Source of the DNA: Porphyromonadaceae bacterium
GTDB taxonomy: Bacteria > Bacteroidota > Bacteroidia > Bacteroidales > Porphyromonadaceae
Direction of reading: 5' to 3'
Length of the DNA: 64,000 nt
NCBI GenBank assembly: GCA_030528555.1
Contig: JAUMYQ010000003.1
Location: forward strand, 44,717 to 108,716
The notes beneath the pieces were generated by a model. The model was not told the origin of the DNA. It was given only the letters and a program-made list of their open reading frames with translations, and made no database searches. Position 1 is the stretch's first letter, and every line of letters begins with the position of its first letter. Below, piece by piece: positions 9,510 through 17,334 of this stretch. A program made the translations under genes and the position numbers.

Positions 9510-9971
9510 ATGAATGAAATGTTGGCGTACTTAGGCGTGTCTCTCATGGTCGGCCTAACTGGCATCGGTAGCTGTATCGGTGTGACGATTTGCGGTAACG
9601 CAGTAGTGGGATCTCTCAAGAAGAATCCCGATGCCCTAGGGCAATACATCGGTTTGACGGCCCTTCCTAGCTCGCAGGGGCTGTATGGCTTCGTAGGCTT
9701 CTTCCTTGCCAAGCTAGCGATTGACAATATGATCGGCGCAGGTGGCGTTACGCCTTTCGCAGCATGGGCAATCCTAGGCGTAGGTCTAGCTCTCGGTGTG
9801 GTAGGTCTATTCTCCGCAATCCGTCAGGCTCAGGTGTGTGCTAATGGTATCCAGGCCATCGGTAATGGTAATAACGTATTCGGTAGCACCATGGTGGTTG
9901 CCGTATTCCCAGAGCTGTATGCAATCCTAGCCCTACTGGTGGTGATCCTAACCATGCTTCCAATGATTTAG
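9510..9971 (+). CDS. atpK: V-type ATP synthase subunit K (c ring), probably Na+-binding
   Basis: Four TM helices; LPSSQGLYGF, IRQAQV, FPELYA. Confidence 0.95.
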   Translation: MNEMLAYLGVSLMVGLTGIGSCIGVTICGNAVVGSLKKNPDALGQYIGLTALPSSQGLYGFVGFFLAKLAIDNMIGAGGVTPFAAWAILGVGLALGVVGLFSAIRQAQVCANGIQAIGNGNNVFGSTMVVAVFPELYAILALLVVILTMLPMI

Positions 9972-10027
9972 TCCTTAGAGCATATCAGAGAGTACTAAGA
10001 CATTCGTGCTTTCTGACCGTGAAATGC

Positions 10028-10080
10028 GATGGCAATAGCTATACGATGCTTATCTCGTATGTGCTATTGCCATCCTTTTT
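10028..10080 (+). terminator. Intrinsic terminator of the V-ATPase operon
   Basis: Stem GATGGCAATAGC/GCTATTGCCATC followed by CTTTTT. Confidence 0.75.
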
Positions 10081-10113
10081 ACCTATCTTCGTGCGCTCAA
10101 TTAGTAGAATAGT

Positions 10114-11226
10114 ATGGCAACGACTATATATCCCAACTTAATCTTGGAGGCACTCTCCAAAGTCCGCTACCCCGGCACGGGGAAGAACCTCGTTGAGGCA
10201 GGTATGGTGGAGGATGATATCCGTATTGATGGCCTTCGGGTGAGCTTCTCCCTAGTTTTTGATAAACCCAATTCGCCTTTTATCAAATCGGTTGTGCGTG
10301 CTGCCGAAACCGCTATCCTTACCTACGTGGGGGAGGATGTGGAGATTCGTGGTAATATATCGGTTAAGACTCCAGAGATACAGCCCAAGGAAGCACCCAA
10401 GCTCCTCCCAGAGGTGAAGAATGTGCTAGCCGTCTTCTCTGGTAAGGGTGGGGTAGGTAAGAGTACCGTCTCGGCCAACCTTGCTATAGCTCTAGCTCAG
10501 GCTGGATATAAGGTGGGCTTGCTAGATGCTGATATCTTCGGTCCATCCCAGCCGCTAATGTTCGGTTGCGAAGACGCTCGGCCAGTACTCGAGCAGGTTG
10601 ATGATCGTGAGCTTATCCAACCAATCGAGAAGTACGGAGTTAAGCTCCTATCTATCGGGTTCTTTGTTGATAAGGCTAGCCCTGTGCTCTGGCGCGGTAG
10701 CATGGCTAGCAACGCGCTTAAGCAGTTACTTAGCGAGGGTAACTGGGGCGAGCTGGATTACTTACTTTTAGACTTACCTCCTGGCACGAGCGACATTCAT
10801 CTAACTTTGGTGCAAACCTTAGGCATTACAGGCGCGCTTGTAGTAACTACGCCCCAGCAGGTAGCCTTGTCCGATGCGATTAAAGGTATCGGGATGTTTC
10901 TAGATGATAAGATTGGCGTGCCGATTCTTGGCTTGGTGGAAAATATGGCTTGGTTCACGCCAGCCGAACTGCCCGAGAACAAGTATTATATCTTTGGCAA
11001 AGATGGCGGACGAGCTTTGGCGGAAGAATTAGATATTCCTTTGCTCGGACAAATTCCTCTCGTGCAGAGCATTTGCGAGAGCTCCGACGAGGGAGCCCCA
11101 TCAGCCACGAAAGAAGACAGTATCACAGCGATTTTCTTCCGTACTTTAGCCAAGAATGTTGTCGAACAAGTAGAGAAACGTAACGCTGAGCTTGCCCCAA
11201 CCCAGAAGGTTGAGGTGACCAAGTAA
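10114..11226 (+). CDS. mrp: Mrp/NBP35 (ApbC) Fe-S cluster carrier ATPase
   Basis: SGKGGVGKST, LLDADIFGPS, DLPPGTSD, VENM; N-terminal MIP18-like domain. Confidence 0.93.
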   Translation: MATTIYPNLILEALSKVRYPGTGKNLVEAGMVEDDIRIDGLRVSFSLVFDKPNSPFIKSVVRAAETAILTYVGEDVEIRGNISVKTPEIQPKEAPKLLPEVKNVLAVFSGKGGVGKSTVSANLAIALAQAGYKVGLLDADIFGPSQPLMFGCEDARPVLEQVDDRELIQPIEKYGVKLLSIGFFVDKASPVLWRGSMASNALKQLLSEGNWGELDYLLLDLPPGTSDIHLTLVQTLGITGALVVTTPQQVALSDAIKGIGMFLDDKIGVPILGLVENMAWFTPAELPENKYYIFGKDGGRALAEELDIPLLGQIPLVQSICESSDEGAPSATKEDSITAIFFRTLAKNVVEQVEKRNAELAPTQKVEVTK

Positions 11227-11277
11227 ACCGTTTGTTCCTTTTGGTAGTTATACCGAAGAATAAGGCAACGAAAAATA

Positions 11278-11647
11278 AACAGATAGAGGATCGGTCTGCC
11301 GCGTAGGGGGTTCAAAACTCCTATGAGGAACGTCCGGGCAACGCAGAGCACCATACTTCCTAACGGGAAGCTACTCGTGAGGGTAGAGTAGTGTAACAGA
11401 AAATAACCGCCCCACTTGTGGGGTAAGGGTGAAAAGGTAGGGTAAGAGCCTACCGGGCATGGTAGGAATGCCATGTGCCGTACATCTTATGGGTTGCAAG
11501 ATCATGTAAACCAGCGCGATGAGGGTTGCTCGCCCCAGCTGGAGGGTAGATTGCTAGAGCTGTGTGGTGACGCACAGTCGAGATAAATGGCAGACGCTTA
11601 GGTTATGGCCTAGGTACAGAACCCGGCTTATAGATCCTCTATCTGTT
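11278..11647 (+). ncRNA. rnpB: RNase P RNA (type A)
   Basis: P1 AACAGATAGAGGATC pairs with GATCCTCTATCTGTT; GAGGAAcGTCCGGGC, AGTGTAACAGAAA, GGGTGAAAAGG and ACAGAACCCGGCTTAT conserved blocks. Confidence 0.95.
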
Positions 11648-11668
11648 TTCTTTATGACAATAACCAAA

Positions 11669-12922
11669 ATGAAGCAAAGAAGCGACTACGAGATTATGGC
11701 CCCTGTGGGGTCGTATGAATCTCTTATGGCAGCAATTAACGCAGGGGCGGACTCGGTTTACTTTGGTATCGAGGGGCTTAATATGCGTTCCAAAAGTGCT
11801 AATAACTTTACCACCGAGGACTTATACAAGATAGCAGGTATCTGCCGTGAGCGAGGTGTTAAGAGCTACCTTACGGTCAATACCATCATCTACGATGAGG
11901 ACATGGAGCTTATGCGTCAAATCATAGATGCTGCCAAAGATGCCGATGTTTCGGCCATTATCGCCGCAGATGTTGCGCCGATGCTCTATGCTCGGAGCAT
12001 TGGGGTAGTGGTTCATCTCTCCACCCAATTGAATATTACCAATGTCGAGGCTCTGCGCTTCTACGCTCAGTTTGCCGATGTAGTGGTGCTGGCTCGTGAG
12101 CTGAATATGGATCAGGTAGCTAAGATTTACGAGGTCATCGTGAGCGAACCCATCGTAGGCCCTCGTGGCGAGCCAATTCGTATCGAGATGTTTGCTCATG
12201 GTGCGCTCTGTATGGCCGTATCGGGCAAGTGTTACCTTGCTCTTCATGAGCAAGGTAAGAGTGCTAACCGCGGCTCTTGTACTCAGATTTGCCGCAGATC
12301 CTACGAGGTGCGTGACAAAGAGACTGGTATAGAGCTCGAAGTGGATAATGAATACATCATGAGCCCTAAGGATTTGAAGACTATTCACTTCCTCAACAAA
12401 ATGCTGGACGCTGGTGTGCGTGTTCTCAAGATAGAGGGGCGTGCTCGGGGACCTGAGTATGTCGACGCCGTAGTACGTGCCTACCGAGAGGCCGTTGATA
12501 CCTATTGCGCGGGCGCGTTTGATCTATCGGCCGTGGCTCGATGGGATGAAAAGCTAGGGCAGGTGTTTAACCGAGGCTTCTGGAATGGCTATTATCTTGG
12601 CCAACGCCTCGGCGAATGGACCTCTAGCTATGGATCTTCGGCTACGAAACAAAAAGTTTATGTGGCAAAAGTGACCAAATACTTTAGCAAAATCGGCGTA
12701 GCTGAGCTCCAAGTTGAGAGTGGTACGCTCTCCGTAGGGCAGGAAGTAATTATTTCGGGGCCAACTACTGGGCTTGTGCGCTTTACGGTCGGCGAACTGC
12801 GCATAAATCTTGAGCCTGTCACAGAAGCTAATAAGGGTGCACTTTGTTCCCTACCCGTACCGGAGAAAGTTCGCCCTGGCGATAGACTTTACCTCTTCAT
12901 TGATCGCACGGTCAAGCAATAG
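11669..12922 (+). CDS. U32-family peptidase-like protein (PrtC/TrhP-type Fe-S hydroxylase)
   Basis: MAPVGS, GADSVYFG, HLSTQ, LAREL, HGALCMAVSGKC, CTQICR, KIEGR; listed ORF start overlaps rnpB, so ATG 11669 (or 11654) is preferred. Confidence 0.9.
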   Translation: MKQRSDYEIMAPVGSYESLMAAINAGADSVYFGIEGLNMRSKSANNFTTEDLYKIAGICRERGVKSYLTVNTIIYDEDMELMRQIIDAAKDADVSAIIAADVAPMLYARSIGVVVHLSTQLNITNVEALRFYAQFADVVVLARELNMDQVAKIYEVIVSEPIVGPRGEPIRIEMFAHGALCMAVSGKCYLALHEQGKSANRGSCTQICRRSYEVRDKETGIELEVDNEYIMSPKDLKTIHFLNKMLDAGVRVLKIEGRARGPEYVDAVVRAYREAVDTYCAGAFDLSAVARWDEKLGQVFNRGFWNGYYLGQRLGEWTSSYGSSATKQKVYVAKVTKYFSKIGVAELQVESGTLSVGQEVIISGPTTGLVRFTVGELRINLEPVTEANKGALCSLPVPEKVRPGDRLYLFIDRTVKQ

Positions 12923-12968
12923 ATGAACGCACCTTGGCTGAGTCTTCTGGAGAGTTAGCTGATAAAAT

Positions 12969-13007
12969 AACTAAGGGCTGTAGTGAACTTCACTACAGCC
13001 CTTAGTT
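12969..13007. terminator. Bidirectional terminator between convergent U32 and nrdB genes
   Basis: Long perfect inverted repeat AACTAAGGGCTGTAGTGA/TCACTACAGCCCTTAGTT with A/T flanks. Confidence 0.85.
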
Positions 13008-13035
13008 TATGGCTTAACCTCCTAGGAGGCGAAGC

Positions 13036-14079
13036 TTACAAGTCGTCCGAAATCGCGCTGCTCTTGGAGTAAGCTCCAGGCTTAGCCTCAAAAAAGTCAG
13101 TCTTAACGAGATTGGCGTTGCTGTACTGAGATACCCAGTTCATGCTAGCTGGCTCGTGCTCGTATCCTTCGAAGATAATGCCAAAACCAAGGTTCTCACT
13201 GCGCTGATTGGCTAGGTACTTAATGTAGTCGCTGACCATTTGCACCGTTAGCCCCTCGATATTGTCACCGATGACGTACTCGCCCCAAGCAATCTCCTGC
13301 AGTGCGCCCTCCTTGATCATGCCACGGAAGAGCTCGATAGCTTCGGGCGTAAAGAGCTGAGGCTCTTCTTTCTTAAGCTCAAGGATCATGGAGCGGAATA
13401 GCCATAGGTGCGTATTTTCGTCACGATTGATGTAGCGAATCTCCTGCACCGAGCCTGGCATCTTGCCGTTGCGGCCGAGGTTATAGAAGAACATAAAGCC
13501 AGAGTAGAAGTACACGCCCTCGAGGATGTAGTTCGCTACCATCGTCTTGAGCAGCTTCTCGGGGCTTTTGTCCTCCTGGAACTCGTTGTAGATATCACCG
13601 ATGAACTTATTCCGCTTGAGGAGATGGGCATCGTCTTTCCATTGATATAAGATCTCAGTACGCTCTTCGGGCGAGCAGATAGAATCCAGCATGTAGCTGT
13701 AGCTCTGCGAGTGCACAGCCTCTTGGAAGGCTTGGATCGTCAGACAAAGATTGATTTCGTTGGCCGTAATGTACTCACCCACATTAGGGAGATTAGCCGT
13801 CTGGATACTATCTAAGAAGATGAGGAACGACAAGATTTTGTCATAGGCTGTCTTCTCCTCGACCGACAATTCCCTATAGTCCTTAACGTCTTGGCTGAGG
13901 TTGATTTCCTCAGGAATCCAGAAGTTATTCATCGCCTGACGATACCAATCCGCCACCCATGGGTACTTCATATTATTGAAGTCGTTGAGGTTGGTGGTAT
14001 TGCCGTTGATCATCCGACGCTTCGTTACATCGATGTCGCCATGTTCGTTGAATAGGGCCTTTTTCTTTAGCTCTGACAT
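13036..14079 (-). CDS. nrdB: Class I ribonucleotide reductase beta subunit
   Basis: FWIPEEI, FLDSIQ, EAVHSQSY, LEGVYFYSGF, RDENTH, DFFE. Confidence 0.95.
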   Translation of the reverse strand: MSELKKKALFNEHGDIDVTKRRMINGNTTNLNDFNNMKYPWVADWYRQAMNNFWIPEEINLSQDVKDYRELSVEEKTAYDKILSFLIFLDSIQTANLPNVGEYITANEINLCLTIQAFQEAVHSQSYSYMLDSICSPEERTEILYQWKDDAHLLKRNKFIGDIYNEFQEDKSPEKLLKTMVANYILEGVYFYSGFMFFYNLGRNGKMPGSVQEIRYINRDENTHLWLFRSMILELKKEEPQLFTPEAIELFRGMIKEGALQEIAWGEYVIGDNIEGLTVQMVSDYIKYLANQRSENLGFGIIFEGYEHEPASMNWVSQYSNANLVKTDFFEAKPGAYSKSSAISDDL

Positions 14080-14122
14080 GATAATGTTTGTTTAGAAGTT
14101 GTATAGAAAGTTTGAGATAATG

Positions 14123-16630
14123 TTAGGATGAGCAGCTTGTGCATTCCTCTACCTCGAGCGAGCGGCTGCGGATGTAGTAGAGGGTCTTCACGCCACCTTC
14201 CCAAGCCCTCAAATAGAGGTCGAGGATACGGCGAAAACTGTAGTCGTGCGTGATGAAGAGATTGACTGACTGCGATTGGTCTAGGTGACGCTGGCGCATA
14301 GCCGCAGCATCTACTACCCATTCTTGGTCTATTTGATGGGCGGTTTTATACAACCAAAATGTGCTGTCGGAGAGCTGAGGTGCTACACGAGGGATGATGC
14401 TGCCCTTCTTTTCCTCGAGGAAGTAGCGGTTCATTACGGGATCGATGCCTGCTGTTGTACCTGCAATAATCGATGTAGAGCTGGTGGGGGCGATGGCCAT
14501 TAGGTAGGCGTTGCGCATACCACGGCGCGCCACATCGGATGATAGACGTTTCCACTCTGGGCTGTCGTAGCCACGCAGGCGAAAGTAGTCCCCTGTCTGC
14601 CAGTCACTGCCCGAGAAGCGTAGGTAAGCACCTTTCTCCTCTGCTAGTAGAGAGGAAGCCTCGATGGCGAGGTAGTTGATACGCTCGTAGAGCTTGTCCA
14701 TATAACTGATATGCTCGGGGCTCTCCCACTTGATGCTCTTCTTGGCCAGTAGGTGGTGATAGCCACTTGTACCGAGGCCGATGGGGCGCATTTTCATGTT
14801 GGTAATCTCAGCGTAGGGGATGGGATAGAAGTTGAGGTCTATCACATTGTCGAGGGCACGCACGATGGTGTGGATAACCTCACGCAGAGCATCTTGATCA
14901 TCTACATCCACGTTGCCGAGGACGAGGGAAGCAAGGTTACAAACCACGAAGTCGCCTGCTTCTGTTTCCTTAGTGATAATTTCTCGACCATTCTCTACAC
15001 GTACTGTCTGCTTGATGTCTTTGATCTCGCTTTGGTTTTGGGCGATCTCGGTACATAGGTTGGAACAATAGATGATCCCTTGATGCTTGTTGGGGTTCAT
15101 CCGATTGACCGTATCGCGGTTGAAGATGAATGGTGTACCCGTTTCGACAGCACTTTTGATGATTAGGCGAATCATCTCCTTAATCTTGATGGCACGCTTA
15201 GTGATACGGTTCTCCTTGATACAGTGGTTGTAGCGACGCTCCCACTCTTCGCCGTAGTAATCTTCAAGCGAATAACCCTTGATGGTCTGAATCTCGTGCG
15301 GACACATCATATACCACGTTCCCTCAATATCGTCCTTGACCATTCGCCAGAATAGGTCGGGGATACACACGCCTGGGAACACATCGTGGGCCTTCATACG
15401 ATCATCCCCATTGTTGGTGCGGATCTGTAGGAACTCGGGCATATCTCTGTGCCAAATATCTAGGTAGATGGCCACAGAGCCTTGGCGCACACCAAGCTGA
15501 TCGACAGCTACGGCGGTGTCGTTGCAAAGCTTAATCCACTTGAGTACGCCACCAGCTACGCCTTTGAAGCCACGGATGTCTGAGCCTACGGCACGTACCT
15601 TACCCATATAGATCCCCATACCACCACCGAACTTAGATACTTGAGCGAAGTTGTCTATCGTACGGTAAATGCCAGTTAGGCTATCGGGCATTACATCCTC
15701 AAAGCAACTGCTTAGTTGGCTTAGAGGCTTGCGGGCGTTACTCATCGTAGGTGTTGCCATCGTTACCTGTAGCTGGCTAATGATGTTATAGATCTTCTTC
15801 GCCCACATCACTCGTGCCTCTCCCTCTGGGATGGCTAAGTGCATGGCAATGCCCATAAACATCTCCTGTGGACGTTCTAGGAGGACGTGGTTGTTGTCCG
15901 TAATTAGGTATCGCTTGGATACTAAGTGTAGGCTACTGTAGGTAAGTAGGTGGTTTCGAGTGGGATCAATATGCCGCTCAAGCTCCTCAATGTCTGCTTT
16001 ACTATAGTTTGCCAAGATATAACGACCATAGAGGTTCTGCTCTGTGAGGTACGAAATCTTGCTGTAGAGAGAGTCAAGGTAGAGCTTCTGCTCCTGAGCC
16101 ATGATGGTTCTTTCTAGCTGCATAAGCAGCAGTCTAGAGGCGATGAATTCCCAGTTTGGGGCCTCAGGCGTAATGAGTTCTACGGCTGCCTTGGTTAAGA
16201 TTTCCAGTACATCGACTTGCTCTTTGTAGAATGCTTGATACTTGGCATACAAAAAATCTAGAGAGTAAGCCTTATGATGGAAAGCTGCTTGTATATCTTT
16301 TAGTAGGCTGATGATCTCCTGATTGGAGATGGTTTGAGCGAACTTATTGATGATCTCCCGATACTCGCTGCGTTTCTCTCTATAGAGGATATAGCTTTTA
16401 GCCACTCGATAGTAGCCTGCTCCCATCAGAGCATTCTCTACCATATCCTGGATGGTCTCTACATCTACCTCATTTTTATCACTTAGAGTCTGCTCTATCT
16501 TTTTACAGATTTTCGCTATCTCTTTCTCGGGCATCTTCTCTCCTGTGGCCAGGAAAGCTCTCCGAATAGCATTGGATACTTTGGCGAGATCGAATGCTTC
16601 TTGTGCTTGGTCTCGTTTTATTATCTTCAT
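14123..16630 (-). CDS. nrdA: Class I ribonucleotide reductase alpha subunit with N-terminal ATP cone
   Basis: MKIIKRD ATP cone, ATPTMSNA, LSSCF, SNLCTEI, CNLAS, APTSSTS, KTLYY, C-terminal CTSC; start at ATG 16630. Confidence 0.95.
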   Translation of the reverse strand: MKIIKRDQAQEAFDLAKVSNAIRRAFLATGEKMPEKEIAKICKKIEQTLSDKNEVDVETIQDMVENALMGAGYYRVAKSYILYREKRSEYREIINKFAQTISNQEIISLLKDIQAAFHHKAYSLDFLYAKYQAFYKEQVDVLEILTKAAVELITPEAPNWEFIASRLLLMQLERTIMAQEQKLYLDSLYSKISYLTEQNLYGRYILANYSKADIEELERHIDPTRNHLLTYSSLHLVSKRYLITDNNHVLLERPQEMFMGIAMHLAIPEGEARVMWAKKIYNIISQLQVTMATPTMSNARKPLSQLSSCFEDVMPDSLTGIYRTIDNFAQVSKFGGGMGIYMGKVRAVGSDIRGFKGVAGGVLKWIKLCNDTAVAVDQLGVRQGSVAIYLDIWHRDMPEFLQIRTNNGDDRMKAHDVFPGVCIPDLFWRMVKDDIEGTWYMMCPHEIQTIKGYSLEDYYGEEWERRYNHCIKENRITKRAIKIKEMIRLIIKSAVETGTPFIFNRDTVNRMNPNKHQGIIYCSNLCTEIAQNQSEIKDIKQTVRVENGREIITKETEAGDFVVCNLASLVLGNVDVDDQDALREVIHTIVRALDNVIDLNFYPIPYAEITNMKMRPIGLGTSGYHHLLAKKSIKWESPEHISYMDKLYERINYLAIEASSLLAEEKGAYLRFSGSDWQTGDYFRLRGYDSPEWKRLSSDVARRGMRNAYLMAIAPTSSTSIIAGTTAGIDPVMNRYFLEEKKGSIIPRVAPQLSDSTFWLYKTAHQIDQEWVVDAAAMRQRHLDQSQSVNLFITHDYSFRRILDLYLRAWEGGVKTLYYIRSRSLEVEECTSCSS

Positions 16631-16671
16631 TACGAGTTTATTAGGAATATTTCTATTACTTATATTCTGTT

Positions 16672-16679
16672 CAAAGTTA
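16672..16679 (-). promoter_or_regulatory. -7 promoter element of nrdAB
   Basis: TAACTTTG on the minus strand about 40 bp upstream of the start. Confidence 0.5.
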
Positions 16680-16842
16680 GCCAAAAATACTATACAGGTA
16701 GTTATCAAAAGTGAACATTAAAAACTTAAAAATGATCTGCTCACTTAGGATAATTGCATCAAAATCTTCATGGTCGGCTCATTGTCTATCTGTGTTTAGT
16801 TAATCTCGTTTGAGGTGTCTAAAAATCTTTTGGTTCGTCTAT

Positions 16843-16957
16843 AAAAAAATGCTCGGGAATACTCGAAAAAATGTTCCCGATCTTTTTTCTCGGAGTTCCC
16901 GATCTTTTTGGAAAAAGTTCGGGAAGTTTTTTTTGAAAGTTCCCGAAGATTTTTTGA
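16843..16957 (+). repeat. Dispersed ~115-bp intergenic element, copy 1 (five 22-bp units)
   Basis: Units start at 16850, 16872, 16894, 16916, 16938; one mismatch to the copy at 50693. Confidence 0.95.
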
Positions 16958-17261
16958 ATAGTCAAGGACGAGGTGTAACTATATCTATATAAGTTTATTA
17001 TGTATTTCTCTTGTAAAGTAAGAGATTGTTGGAGTGATTGGGTTAGATTTTGATATGATCGCTTCTCATTAATGTGTAGTACGATCTCGTGAATATTGTA
17101 TTAGGTTATTTCCTGGGCTGAGCTTAGGAATACAGAGGCATATTCTAGATAGAACTTCACATTTTCTGAAAAAGATGTCCATTTTTCCAAAGATCTCTGT
17201 TTCCTAGTGAATTATTATAATACCTATTGATTGAATCCGATACTTTGGAGATTTCGGTAAT

Positions 17262-17301
17262 AAAAAGCGACATCTTAGGATGAATAACCTAAGATGTCGC
17301 T
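17262..17301 (-). terminator. Intrinsic terminator of the long nagB-like gene
   Basis: 14-bp stem AGCGACATCTTAGG/CCTAAGATGTCGCT, T run on the minus strand. Confidence 0.8.
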
Positions 17302-17334
17302 AACTAGATCTCTTATTTTACAGAGGGAGGGTTA

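Noticed and set aside
10986-11474. 162-aa minus-strand ORF
   Set aside because: Antisense to the end of mrp and to RNase P RNA; a common spurious call
16685-16702. Possible NrdR box (AATACTATACAGGTAGTT) upstream of nrdA
   Set aside because: Only half matches the consensus, there is no tandem second box, and NrdR is generally absent from Bacteroidetes
16843-16957. 22-bp repeat arrays (also 6166-6251) as a CRISPR array
   Set aside because: No unique 25-45-nt spacers, the whole element is duplicated elsewhere, and no cas genes are present
16810-16992. 60-aa ORFs over the repeat (also 50641-50823)
   Set aside because: They are translations of the repeat, differ in strand and frame between copies, and lack convincing starts
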